Assembly: GCA_032718475.1 (NCBI GenBank)
Contig: JAUCBJ010009085.1
Coordinates: 1-58,947 of the forward strand
Length of the DNA stretch: 58,947 nt
From: Nemertoderma westbladi
Taxonomy: Eukaryota > Animalia > Xenacoelomorpha
Direction of reading: 5' to 3'
Both the position numbers and the translations under genes were made by a program. Below are positions 26,145-36,661 of this stretch, in pieces (positions within the stretch are counted from its first letter, which is position 1; each line of letters begins with the position of its first letter). The notes below the pieces were generated by a model that saw nothing but the letters and a program-made list of their open reading frames with translations, was not told the DNA's origin and searched no databases.

Positions 26145-27458
26145 ATGTCAGAGGAAGTGGCTTGCATTGTATCATGTGATACAAATAACATTCTAACAAC
26201 AAACAATTATCTTCAAAAGCGCTGGAGACTTTACTTGTTGGTGGGCATGTTGCTGTTGTATCAAATGATTCCAGGATGGTGCCAGAATCTATTGGAGTCC
26301 TTCTTCCCAATTGTTGTAGAAGAGCGTGGTTGGTCAAAAACTCTCATTGGTGCATTGCTGGCAACATTTAACTTGGTGAGATTAATAATATACATTACTT
26401 GCCCTCATTTTATTACCAATTGGGGAACTCGCATCTCTTTGGGCCTATTCGGTATTATTGGGGCAGTTTCTCAGTTGGCATTTGGGTTTGTGGAATATAT
26501 TCCAAAAAGCAATGGGTTGTTATATATATTGGCTTGTTTTTCTCTGCGCATTATTGAAGCTGTTGGGCTCAACATAAGTTTTATTTATTCATTCAGTCTA
26601 TTGATAGAATTATTGCAAACACAGAGAACTATATTAGCTAGTCTAGCAGTTGTATGTGGATGTTTTGGATTTATGGTTGCACCTGTATTTGGTTCAACAA
26701 TTTTCGCTGCATTGGGTTTTGAGTTTCCATTTATAATATCGGGTTTGATGTTTCTCATTGTCGCCCTATACTGCTGGAAGGAGGCGCCAGCATATATTCA
26801 TGACAGATCTGAATCAAAAGATGACAGACCAACTTATCTTGGATTCCTGAAGAATCCAGCAATTACACTTATATTTATTTTAAACGCTTGTTTCAAAATT
26901 CATTCATCTTTTACCATAGCTAATTATTCGGCCTATATTCACCATAACTACAATGTGAACCAGTACAGAATTGGTGGTATATATATGATATTTCCAGTGT
27001 TTATTACAGCCACTGGTCTAATAATGGCATTAATGATGAATAAATTGAGACCTATCTTACCAACTGTATTTGGTGCAATATTATTAACAGTATCAATGCA
27101 ACTAATAGGCCCAACAGAACTACTGGGTTTACCTCATTATCTTGGTATCTCTATTGGTGGATGTGCTCTCCAAGGAATCGGGTATGGATTATACGAAACC
27201 CCTGCTATAGAAACACAAACACAATTGGCTATGAATATTTGTGGATATCATGATAATGTTGACACCAGATCACTTGTCCAACAAATGTTTCGAATTTCTG
27301 CCTCTATTGGGGCTATTATAGGTCTTGTTTTAGGCGGATTTCTCAATGATTTTTTTGGAATGGAATTAGCTTGCTCGCTCCTCAGTTTGTTTGGGTTGCC
27401 TTTTCTTTTTGCACTGATGGCAGTGTTCGCTTTCAAATGTGGTGTTACTGAGAAGTAG
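26145..27458 (+). CDS. Major facilitator superfamily transporter, SLC18B1-like, single uninterrupted ORF (437 aa)
   Basis: About 12 hydrophobic segments in 6+6 layout around a hydrophilic loop. SFFPIV, LAFGFVE..FSLRIIEAVG and APVFGS..GFEFPF resemble SLC18B1. AATAAA at 27673. Confidence 0.85.
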   Translation: MSEEVACIVSCDTNNILTTNNYLQKRWRLYLLVGMLLLYQMIPGWCQNLLESFFPIVVEERGWSKTLIGALLATFNLVRLIIYITCPHFITNWGTRISLGLFGIIGAVSQLAFGFVEYIPKSNGLLYILACFSLRIIEAVGLNISFIYSFSLLIELLQTQRTILASLAVVCGCFGFMVAPVFGSTIFAALGFEFPFIISGLMFLIVALYCWKEAPAYIHDRSESKDDRPTYLGFLKNPAITLIFILNACFKIHSSFTIANYSAYIHHNYNVNQYRIGGIYMIFPVFITATGLIMALMMNKLRPILPTVFGAILLTVSMQLIGPTELLGLPHYLGISIGGCALQGIGYGLYETPAIETQTQLAMNICGYHDNVDTRSLVQQMFRISASIGAIIGLVLGGFLNDFFGMELACSLLSLFGLPFLFALMAVFAFKCGVTEK

Positions 27459-27726
27459 TTGAATTCTTTATTGTGTTGGGGTTGGGCGCCAGAGGATCCG
27501 TTATTTTGTTATAGCTGCTTGTGGTGGTGGTAATAATTTCTTTGATTTAATAACTTTTGTTTTATGTTTAGTTATTTTATATCATTTGTATTTTATCCCG
27601 AATTTAATGTTCTATTTCATTGTATTGTTGTGTATCATGGCATTATTTGTTAATATCACTGGCTTAATTAACAATAAATAACGATCTTATTTTTGTCCCT
27701 TTATAACGTAGACGTAAACGTAGAAC

Positions 27727-28075
27727 CGACAGCCGACAGGCTTTGCTGACAGCTGTTGCCGATATGTTTTTGCCAACGGCCAACAGGTTTTTACCGACAG
27801 GTTTATGCCAACAGCCGACAGGTTTTCACCGGCAGGTTTTTGCCGACAGCCGACTGGTTTTAGCCAACAGGTTTTTTGCCGACAGCCAACAGGTTTTTGC
27901 TGACAGCCGAGAGGTCTTTGCTGACATCCCAGAAGTATTTGCTGACATCCGACAGGTTTTTGCTAACAGCCAACAGGATTTTGCCGATAGCTGTCAGGTT
28001 TTTGCCAACAGGTTTTTGCCGTCAGCCGTAAGGTATTTGCTGACAGCCGACATGTTTTTGCCGACAGCTTTTTGC
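27727..28075. repeat. Degenerate minisatellite (~15-23-bp units, TTTTTGCCGACAGCCGACAGG)
   Basis: Head-to-tail variants with no unique spacers. Confidence 0.9.
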
Positions 28076-29317
28076 ATCTGGAATATGCTGCAGTACTACC
28101 AGTACAGCAATGCAACGGAACGCATCAGCCACCAAAGCAACTTGTACAGGTCAGGTAGGTAGGTTAGGTTCCAGTACTGTCCTACTACCTGACTAGTGAC
28201 TATGGTACTGTAAATTGCCAAACTGCATACATCAGAATTCAGTACATAACATATACAGTTCAGTCTGCCAGCTCGCAGCTCTGCACACTTTACCCGTAGC
28301 TCTGGCAACTTTTTTTTACCAGGGCCTGTATGGACATATTATGCGATCCCCCTAATAATTAAAGAGCTTTATGTTTGTTTACCCTACTTAATAAAGTAAA
28401 CTGCAATACAACAATACTCCGATTCTGCAATGCAATAGGCGAATAGGTTTCGGTCTGCAATCTGCCGAGTTTACAATTGTGAACAGCATTTTATCAATGT
28501 TCCTCATCATTTATTTGATTAATTATAGTGTCAAAAGACGCCCAAGACTCTCAGCTTTCAATTGATATAAGCCACGTGTGAAATGATTGATGTGTATTTG
28601 AATGGATCTAAAATTGCTGTCTATAGATACTAAGATAAACAATTATCAGATCACTTTGTACAGTAGTGATGTCACATCTGTAGCAGCCAATCACAGCCGA
28701 TTTTCAAAATTGGCTTCCCGCGCTTACTTATTTAAACCGGCCATTTCGACAATTTCCTTGTGTTCCTACAAAAAACACACCCCACCACCACCACTCGATT
28801 AAGTGCACTTTGTTACCCCTTATTCTTATGCTTTGCCCATGACTTATTTATTTATAGTTTCTTGTGTATTTCATTAATGTCATTTATTTATTGTTTCATA
28901 TGTACTCTGTAGGCGATATCTATAGTTTCAGTTTCATTTGTGTCTGTGCAATTTGGACTTTTGGTTTTCCAAGGGATGAGCGGAGTTTTTGTATCTATGC
29001 ATGCATACCGAATGTCAATAAACAATATATATACAGGCACGCCAATATTGGTTACACCTTGTCATATAATAACAAAATTATTATTTTAAGCAAAAGTTTC
29101 ATTAAAATAAAGATACAGAACTGTAGGCTTATATCGTATTCAAATTAATATTGAAATTTAAAATATGATGGGGGTAAGAATACACTGAAGGGGGTTAAAT
29201 TTCTGCTGATTTACGGATCGTTCTACTCTTACTGCTTTTTCAGCTATAATCGTGTCGATTGGGTGTTCTCTATCTGTTACAACTCCAGTATAGTGTATAT
29301 TCCGTAACTTCCTTCTC

Positions 29318-29705
29318 TTAATCAGGTTTATAATCGTCTACCTGTTCCAGTTTCTTTCCTTTACAGGGGCCTCCACTGGTGATTGGCAGTGGCCACTCCG
29401 TGTCGGGAAGTTTCAGGAAGTCTGGTCCGTAGTACCAGAAGTCGTGGTGTTTGAAAATAAACTCTTCTGGGGATAGTCCTTGGCTCGCACAGTCTGCCGG
29501 GTTCAACTCTGTAGGAACGTATCTCCATTGTCTGATCTCGGAGAACCTCCTTACTCCCTCTATCCGGTTTGCTACAAAAGTTACGAAGTGTCTTGACTCG
29601 TTTGAAAGTTGACATAACACCACCTCCGAGTCCGAATGGAAGTAATTTCATTCGATTTTGAGTTCCAACGCACTGATGACTTCTGCGTGCGATTTTACTG
29701 CTAAT
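29318..29705 (-). pseudogene. BEL/Pao RNase H region, distal half
   Basis: FHSDSEVVL, FVANRI, WRYVPTELNPADCASQG, WYYGPDFL. Confidence 0.9.
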
Positions 29706-29855
29706 GAAGTGAAGATTTTTATTTATTCCACATTGGATAAAATTTGTACATACATTAAAACAATAAATAAATAAAATCGGATTAAATTATGGCTGTAGCT
29801 ACTGAAACTTTTAGTCAGGGTTTATTAACAGAACTTGTATAATATGTAAAATACT

Positions 29856-32561
29856 TTAAGAGTTGAGAGGCATTGAATCGTCCCCATGGGTTAGTGTGAT
29901 TGGACGTTCTAAGATCATTAAAAACAGAGCTTGTCTGAGTGGTGAGCTCGCCGACTGTGTAGCATTGCACGTAGCGTAATGGAGTTTATCTGTGGCAGGG
30001 CCTCCGCAGAGCCAGCAGAGACAGTTTTCACTGGGTTTCCAGCAATTTATTTTACTGCATATTTTTTGGTGACACCCGTTGGAAATAAGCTGAGCCGCGG
30101 CGCGGCGGCGCAGACCAGTTAAGTTCTCTAACTTTACATCGCTGGATGTCGGGTCATCGATTACTTTGAGAATTGAGGATGAGGACGCGTATCTACTGAC
30201 ACCGCACCACATCTTCCAGAACAGTGCCCGTATCCGCTGGACATGGTCTAATTTGGTTGGGTCATCCTCCGAAAAGATACTGCATCCGTATGTAATAGAT
30301 GGGACTATTACGGATTTCCATAGGCGAGTACCCGAGTCCTTAGATATTAGTGTAAGGTTTATTTTCATGGCTATACGAGTGCATGCCGCAAGGCCTTTGT
30401 TATAGAGATGGTTGTAATGACCGCTGGGCCCGTTCTTTGATGACAGAACCACTCCTAAATAGTTGAATTGGGTGACGAACTCGATGGTTTTACCATTATA
30501 ATGAATTATGTCTGTCTTCGACCTTTTTCCACCGCGGCGAAATTTAATTGCTTTAGTTTTAAAAATATTCACCTCCAGTCGATTTGCCCTGCAGTATTTT
30601 TCGAGCTTGTTTAATGCAAGCTGGGCCTCGTTGATTGTGTCGGCTACAATCACTAAGTCGTCGGCGTATAATATTACATAGCACCACAAGGTTGTCAATA
30701 AAAGTGGAATGTCGGAGATAAACAGGCTAAACAACAACGGCGAGAGTTTGTCTCCCTGTATTACCCCGGTTGTCTGTTCTATTGGATCTAGCACAAATGT
30801 GCCAATGCAGATACATATGTAATTCACTGATATTATAGCCCATATTACAGCAATAAATTTTTTACTAATTCCAATAGCGGATAATTTCCTGCAAAGAAGT
30901 TGACGGTCTAGGGAGTCGAACGCTTTGGAGAAATCGATGAACACGCAATAGGCATGTCCCGGACCTGCCCCTGGTTGTAGGGATGATTTGATACGGTTAA
31001 ATATAAGTTTTACCGCCATTATAGTGGATCTCTTCTTTCGAAAACCGTACTGCTGGTCGGGTAGTTTCCTTAGAGTCTCAGCCCATGTATATAGTCGAGT
31101 TGCTATAATGCTTGTGTAGATTTTGAGTAGACACGACAGTAGGGCGATCCCTCTATATGAGTTTGGAGACGATTTTCCACCCTTTCCTTTGTAAAGGGGG
31201 ATAAGATATGACATGATCCACGCTGCTGGGCACACTGCCATGTTGAAGCAGAATGAGAATAGAGTAAGCAGATAAGGTAGTAAATGTCCAAAACCCAACT
31301 TCATCACTTCATTTGTTATGGAGTCTGGGCCTGCTGCCTTTCCGTTTTTCTGGCTGTTCACCGATTCAGTGATCTCTGTAGCACTAATAGGGGCATCCAG
31401 AGCTGGGCAATTGTTTTCCGGGAGGTCCGGCAGAGGTAGAGTTTTATCTCTCCCCAGAAGGGTTGAGAAATGTTCCGACCAAGTAACCTCCGGGACTTGT
31501 TGAGCACAAGTTTTCTCCTGGCGCCCATTCTTTAATATGTTCCAGAAAATGGCCACATCAGTCTCGCATTCCTCGATCAGTTTTAGCTCTCTTTGTGCCT
31601 CGTATAGCTTCTTCCTCTCCTTGATAACCTGTTTGTAACATCGTTGACTTTTAGCATACAGCTGTCGACTCTCAATGGTGGGGTCTTTTTTCATATCCAA
31701 GTAGGCGTTCTTCATTTCCTGTTTTGCCTTGTAACATAAACCGTCAAACCACATTTTTGCTTTTCGAGGTCTTCCAGGTTCGGCCGCATCTACGATTGCC
31801 ATCGTAACGTAGTTACAGGCTTTATCCACGCCCTCTGCCAGTGCCTGGTCAAAGTTTTCTTGGTTTAGGTTTCTGTCCAGTTTCTCAGTATTAATTTTTC
31901 TAATAGGTTTCTTTCTACGAGCTCTTTCCTCCAGTGCGGATTCCAGTTCGATTACTATATTGATTCGTTGATGTTTTGTGAACATTGTAGGAATAACCTC
32001 CATTGAGCACACCTCTTGTATCTCCTTATCGGCAAACACTAAATCTATCACACTTTCCCCGTTCCAGCAATAATATGTTGGAATTTCAGCGTCATTTAGA
32101 CAATGTAGGTTTGCCCCTAGCAGGCCATAACTGAGCGAATCTCCTCGCGGGTCATTTCTGTCTAATCGGCAGTTTAAGTCCCCCGCCAATATAATTGGCT
32201 TGTTACTTTTCCTTCTTACGTCATTTATTGCCATAGTTAAGTCAAGAAGGATGTCTGAAACATCCGTTGCCGGCGGGTAGTACGCGACTAAAATTACCAG
32301 ACCACTCGTTTGTTTGGCAATAATGTTGTCATTTTTGTATATATGTGAACCATGGCAAGGAAGTCTCGAGTTTATAGCCAAAGTCATTCCACCATATGGA
32401 CGACCTCTATCACCCTTATCACAGTTGATGTTGATACAGTTATAATCAGGGATTGACACATTCTCTGACATAGTTTCCGTTAATAAAAGGATATCTGGCG
32501 ATTCAAAGGTGTCGTCCATCGACGCTTCCATCGTGGACTTTATCCCCTCTACATTCCACAA
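29856..32561 (-). CDS. LINE ORF2: APE endonuclease, RT and Cys/His-rich C-terminus, open for 901 codons with no AUG before the first motif
   Basis: WNVEG, LTET, GRPYGG, GDLNC, SVIDLVF, FIDFSKAFD, GVIQGDKLSP, YADD, CWLC...HYATC. Confidence 0.93.
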   Translation of the reverse strand: MWNVEGIKSTMEASMDDTFESPDILLLTETMSENVSIPDYNCININCDKGDRGRPYGGMTLAINSRLPCHGSHIYKNDNIIAKQTSGLVILVAYYPPATDVSDILLDLTMAINDVRRKSNKPIILAGDLNCRLDRNDPRGDSLSYGLLGANLHCLNDAEIPTYYCWNGESVIDLVFADKEIQEVCSMEVIPTMFTKHQRINIVIELESALEERARRKKPIRKINTEKLDRNLNQENFDQALAEGVDKACNYVTMAIVDAAEPGRPRKAKMWFDGLCYKAKQEMKNAYLDMKKDPTIESRQLYAKSQRCYKQVIKERKKLYEAQRELKLIEECETDVAIFWNILKNGRQEKTCAQQVPEVTWSEHFSTLLGRDKTLPLPDLPENNCPALDAPISATEITESVNSQKNGKAAGPDSITNEVMKLGFGHLLPYLLTLFSFCFNMAVCPAAWIMSYLIPLYKGKGGKSSPNSYRGIALLSCLLKIYTSIIATRLYTWAETLRKLPDQQYGFRKKRSTIMAVKLIFNRIKSSLQPGAGPGHAYCVFIDFSKAFDSLDRQLLCRKLSAIGISKKFIAVIWAIISVNYICICIGTFVLDPIEQTTGVIQGDKLSPLLFSLFISDIPLLLTTLWCYVILYADDLVIVADTINEAQLALNKLEKYCRANRLEVNIFKTKAIKFRRGGKRSKTDIIHYNGKTIEFVTQFNYLGVVLSSKNGPSGHYNHLYNKGLAACTRIAMKINLTLISKDSGTRLWKSVIVPSITYGCSIFSEDDPTKLDHVQRIRALFWKMWCGVSRYASSSSILKVIDDPTSSDVKLENLTGLRRRAAAQLISNGCHQKICSKINCWKPSENCLCWLCGGPATDKLHYATCNATQSASSPLRQALFLMILERPITLTHGDDSMPLNS

Positions 32562-33730
32562 GTTATCTTTAGTTTACCTTGTAAATTCCTGTTGGGTGCG
32601 TCATAATTTGTGTTAAATGGTAATATTGATAGGGCAGCCTGGTTCTCCATTGCAATAAAGCCAGAGCAATGTTTCTTGTGCCGAGCGAAACTTCCTGGGT
32701 AACGATAAGATTTGCGACAACCTGGACAAGTTAAAATATCCTTGGCATTGACCACGGGCACATTCGGGGCCGCGGCGGGAGCCACTGGCGCATTCGGGGC
32801 CGCGGCGGGGGCCACGGGTGCATTCGGGGCCGCGACGGGGGCCATGGGCGCATTCGGGGCCGTGGCGGGGGCCACGGGCGCATTCGGGGCCGCGGCGGGG
32901 GCCACGGGCGCATTCGGGGCCGCGTCGGGGGCCACGGGCGCATTCGGGGCCGCGGCGGGGGCCACTGATGGGGGTACTGGAGTGGGTGTTGGTACAATTG
33001 GGGTTACTGGAGGGGGTGTTGGGAAAATTGGGGTTACTGGAGAGGGTGTTGGGACAATATGGATTACTGGAAAGGGTGTTGAGAAAATTGGGGTTACTGG
33101 AGGGGGTGTTGGGACAATTGGGGGTACTGGAGTGGGTGTTGGGACAATTGGGGTTACTGGAGGGTGTGTTGGGAGAATTGGGGGTACTGGAGTGGGTGTT
33201 GGTACAATTGGGGTTACTGGAGGGGGTGTTGGGAAAATTGGGGTTACTGGAGAGGGTGTTGGGACAATATGGGTTACTGGAGAGGGTGTTGAGAAAATTG
33301 GGGTTACTGGAGGGGGTGTTGGGACAATTGGGGGTACTGGAGTGGGTGTTGGGACAATTGGGGTTACTGGAGGGGGTGTTGGGAGAATTGGGGGTACTGG
33401 AGTGGGTGTTGGTACAATTGGGGTTACTGGAGGGGGTGTTGGGAAAATTGGGGTTACTGGAGAGGGTGTTGGGACAATATGGGTTACTGGAGGGGGTGTT
33501 GGGACAATTGGGGGTACTGGAGTGGGTGTTGGGGCAATTGGGGTTACTGGAGGGGGTGTTGGGACAATTGGGGTTACTGGAGGGGGTGTTGGGATAATTG
33601 GGGTTACTGGAGAGGGTGTTGGGCCAATATGGGTTACTGGAGGGGGTGTTGAGACAATTGGGGTTACTGGAGGGGGTGTTAGGACAATTGGGGTTACTGG
33701 AGGGGGTGTTGGAGTTATATTGGCATGAAG
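32549..33730 (-). CDS. AUG-less ORF in frame with ORF1: (PTPPPVTPIV)n, (APAAAPNAPV)n, then a C2HC zinc finger
   Basis: No stop between the ORF1 TGA (33733-33731) and the TAG at 32551-32549; includes track ORF 32549-32965 with CPGCRKSYRYPGSFARHKKHC. Confidence 0.7.
   Translation of the reverse strand, partial: LHANITPTPPPVTPIVLTPPPVTPIVSTPPPVTHIGPTPSPVTPIIPTPPPVTPIVPTPPPVTPIAPTPTPVPPIVPTPPPVTHIVPTPSPVTPIFPTPPPVTPIVPTPTPVPPILPTPPPVTPIVPTPTPVPPIVPTPPPVTPIFSTPSPVTHIVPTPSPVTPIFPTPPPVTPIVPTPTPVPPILPTHPPVTPIVPTPTPVPPIVPTPPPVTPIFSTPFPVIHIVPTPSPVTPIFPTPPPVTPIVPTPTPVPPSVAPAAAPNAPVAPDAAPNAPVAPAAAPNAPVAPATAPNAPMAPVAAPNAPVAPAAAPNAPVAPAAAPNVPVVNAKDILTCPGCRKSYRYPGSFARHKKHCSGFIAMENQAALSILPFNTNYDAPNRNLQGKLKITCGM
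32751..32960. repeat. 30-bp GC-rich tandem repeat, 7 copies
   Basis: Unit GCCACGGGCGCATTCGGGGCCGCGGCGGGG. Confidence 0.97.
32971..33712. repeat. 30-bp tandem repeat, about 25 copies, with a 210-bp higher-order period
   Basis: Unit GGGTTACTGGAGGGGGTGTTGGGACAATTG; the variant order in 32971-33180 recurs at 33181-33390. Confidence 0.97.
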
Positions 33731-34585
33731 TCAAAAGCCCCAGTGGTTATTTCTGCGTCGTGGTCGTAAGTTAAGGGCTGCGCGTTCCTCATCGTTCAAA
33801 CGGTAGTTGCGTATGATTATGCCCTCTTGCCAGACCTCGGGATCCATCACTGTGTCTCGGTCTTCCTGATTACATGTTAGGTGAAATGCTTTAGGTGGAT
33901 TTTCAAGTTGTTCGCCTCGGGGTTCACTTTCTGTCTGATTACCGGGTGGAGGTAGTTGAATAACATCGCTGAATGGTATAGATTGCTCTTCGAGGTAGGT
34001 TTTTACGTCATCAGCAGTTACTGAAGATCCGAGATTTCCAATGTAGACGTGTGCAACACTTACACCTTGACGGGGCGGTGCACGCGAGGCTGCGAGCGAA
34101 GTACCAGTTTTCCGACCTATAATGGCGGTGTTACGTTTAGATTCGAGTCGTCGATTGTGTTCAGTCGGAGGGGCTGCATACTGGTTATGGCTGCCTCCGA
34201 CTCTACTTGGTGACTGGATTGCAGGCCTTGCAGACTGATGATCTTGTCTAGCGGTAAACTCGCCTGAGTTTCCTCTGACGGTATCGCTGTATAAACGCGT
34301 GGTTGTCGGTACATTCAGTGCGCCGCGTGCCTGATCGGGTGTAGCATGGTTCTGAATAGCTGTTATAAGTTTGTGTTGAGTGGCAATGGCTTCACTTTGG
34401 GCCGTAATTATCTGTTTTCTCGCTTCTGCGAGTTCGGTAAGTCCTATATTGTTGACGGCGTTCATTGCGGATAACGAGTTCAGTAAGGTCTTTTCGTCTT
34501 CCTGTGATACACCTTTTTTGGCTTTTACAGCGCGGAATAACTCGAGGATGTCTTTTTGGGATTCAGTAAAAACGTCGGATGCCAT
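33731..34585 (-). CDS. LINE ORF1 (284 aa; coiled coil plus RRM-like domain)
   Basis: First ATG inside the TSD is at 34585 (MASDVF); HVYIGNL...AFHLTC...VMDPEVWQEGIIIRNY. Confidence 0.85.
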   Translation of the reverse strand: MASDVFTESQKDILELFRAVKAKKGVSQEDEKTLLNSLSAMNAVNNIGLTELAEARKQIITAQSEAIATQHKLITAIQNHATPDQARGALNVPTTTRLYSDTVRGNSGEFTARQDHQSARPAIQSPSRVGGSHNQYAAPPTEHNRRLESKRNTAIIGRKTGTSLAASRAPPRQGVSVAHVYIGNLGSSVTADDVKTYLEEQSIPFSDVIQLPPPGNQTESEPRGEQLENPPKAFHLTCNQEDRDTVMDPEVWQEGIIIRNYRLNDEERAALNLRPRRRNNHWGF

Positions 34586-34672
34586 TTCATATACAAATAT
34601 GAACAAAAATATTGCGTAAAAATTAATAGCTGGTAAAATTGTGTTTTTATTATATAAAATTTTACTGCTAAT

Positions 34673-34825
34673 ACCCCTGCTGATAACTCTATCCTCGGTA
34701 TCATCTGTGTAGTATGGGCGCGGCTCTTGTTCTAGAATATACAAGCCTAGAATATATTGGCTCTCTCTCCACACCCACACAATACAGGTACGAAACAGTG
34801 CCATAATGGGATTCGCTGGCATCAC
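34673..34825 (-). pseudogene. BEL/Pao RNase H region, proximal half
   Basis: ELHQFCDASESHYGTVSYL...SRTRAAP, frameshift, then IPRIELSAGVLAVK, which joins SHAEV across the TSD. Confidence 0.9.
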
Positions 34826-35120
34826 AGAATTGATGTAATTCATAGATTGGAGTTTTAGGGATTTCGCAGAAGTACAAGCGAGGGATCCTTAGTTTGGTTA
34901 GTTAGGAAGTCCACCTAATCCAATCAGACAACAAAGTTGGTGGTAGTTGGCCCAAACAAACCAGTTTCAGAATATATTTTATGAATATATTCTTATTATT
35001 CTGAATTACCGTAGAATGTGAGTCTGTTGTCTGACAGCTGACAGTTATGATGTAAAACTGGTCAAACTACCTATTACATTACCAATGGAGCTCCAAACTA
35101 TTGGTTTCACTAAGCCAATA

Positions 35121-35600
35121 CTACTACTACTACTACAATCAGCCTGCTGCATTGAAACTGCACATTGAGATGCAATGCCAGCTTGACAAAAACATTTTGT
35201 AAGGTGCAGCGTGCATTAAGAATGCTATGCCGGCTTATCAACAAAGTTGAACCGCCACAACTCCCTATCCCCCATGACTTTCGCAAGATTATCCGCATCT
35301 TCAAGGCCAGTGTTCTTTAGGAGGCGTCTCACAAAAGTCATGGGCTGTCCACCATGCTTACAGTATATTCTCCATGGGACTGTCAAAGCACAACATTATG
35401 CACGGGCTAGTCCTCAAGGCAAAAACAATGTCTTGCAAAGTGGAGGCTGCTTTGTTCTAATGCCAACACTAGAAGCAGCCTGATCTAATGAGCTGATGAG
35501 CCGTTGGACCCCCTCTAGTAATTCTGAGAGTACTCCCAAGTTATCAGCAAAGTCTCAATCAATCACGTACTATATAGGATATCATAATGATGATGGAACA
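35121..35600 (-). mobile_element. RTE 3' fragment with internal deletions
   Basis: (TAC)n tail at 35119-35135 and sequence homologous to 57350-57808 and 46000-46860. Confidence 0.8.
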
Positions 35601-35940
35601 AACCATCTTTTATTTTTAATTTTATCTAATACAGAATTTTACGGTGATTTTAATGGTGAAATCTGCATCGCTATACGACTTTTAGTTTTTCAGATACAGC
35701 TATTTAAATATTCCACTAATTTAATAAAATTATTAGTTAAATAAATATATTTAAATAACTAAATATATCTTTAATTCTTAACTATTATCACTGCAGAAAT
35801 GGACTCAGCGTAATTTTTAGACCTTAGAACATGTCTTAATTATCGATTATAACCAATTGGTTATTGATTATTGACATATTAAATATTAACCAATAGGAGA
35901 TGGTTTAGCGCGAAATTCAAACACAAATGCTTACCTGCAT

Positions 35941-36309
35941 TTTTCTCAAATGTGCTTATTTTTTACTAAAAATCTATCTCCTCCGCCATTTCTTAACGAG
36001 ATTTCGATTCTGTTTGTTGGACATTGTAGGTAAAGATTGTGTCTACAGAATAATGGGCCGGATTTTCAAAATTTTGTCACAGTCAGAAGTTATGACGTCA
36101 CAAATGTCATTTTTTCATAAAATTTTGTTTTTTTCGAAAAAATGAGATTGATGACGTCATAACTTCTGACTGAGACAAAATTTTGAAAATCCGGCCCAAT
36201 ATTCTGTAGACACAATCCTCAGCTACAACTTCCCACAAAAAAATTGAAATCCTTTAATAAATGGTGGAGGAGATAGATTTTTAGTAAAAAATGAGCACAT
36301 TTGAGAAAT
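35941..36309. repeat. Long imperfect palindrome (~170-bp arms)
   Basis: TTTCTCAAATGTGCT...GAAGTTATGACGTCA / TGACGTCATAACTTC...AGCACATTTGAGAAA. Confidence 0.9.
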
Positions 36310-36661
36310 TTCAAATGTTAGGTTAGAGTTTTAACGAAATCTAGTCTGTCTGTCCGCCTGTCTCTCTGTCCGTGTGTCTGTCAAAAAATAAGAAAGCATA
36401 TAAAACCTCTAAAATTTTCACTACGGGGGTTTTCTAGGTCGCGTCGGTGATTTCATTTCAAATGTTAGTTTTGAGTTTTCACGAAATCTAGTCTGTCTGT
36501 CAATCTGTCTATCTGTCCGTCTGTCTGTCAAAAAATAAGACAACAAATGTCACATTTGGATACATTGTTATGGAAATACATGAACAACATTATATTTCAT
36601 TTATCACCTGGTATAGCGGTATAATGCAGTAATGATATGACCATTATTGGTAGTGTTACAA

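Larger units (their letters stand above)
29706..34658 (-). mobile_element. Full-length non-LTR retrotransposon inserted in BEL RNase H
   Basis: 14-bp TSD ATTTTACTGCTAAT at 29692-29705 and 34659-34672; 3' end AATAAATAAAAATCTTCACTTC. Confidence 0.95.

Noticed and set aside
27727-28075. CRISPR-like appearance and the 139-aa ORF 27743-28162
   Set aside because: Units are contiguous and degenerate, with no unique spacers and no cas genes. The ORF is a by-product of the repeat.
32613-33734. 373-aa PNTPSSNPNC ORF and plus-strand ORFs 32712-33728 and 32818-33597
   Set aside because: These are alternative frames of stop-poor 30-bp repeats. Only the ORF1 frame leads into the zinc finger and endonuclease start.
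34586-34843. N-terminal 86 aa of track ORF 33731-34843
   Set aside because: It extends beyond the LINE TSD into BEL RNase H sequence read in another frame. The likely start is 34585.
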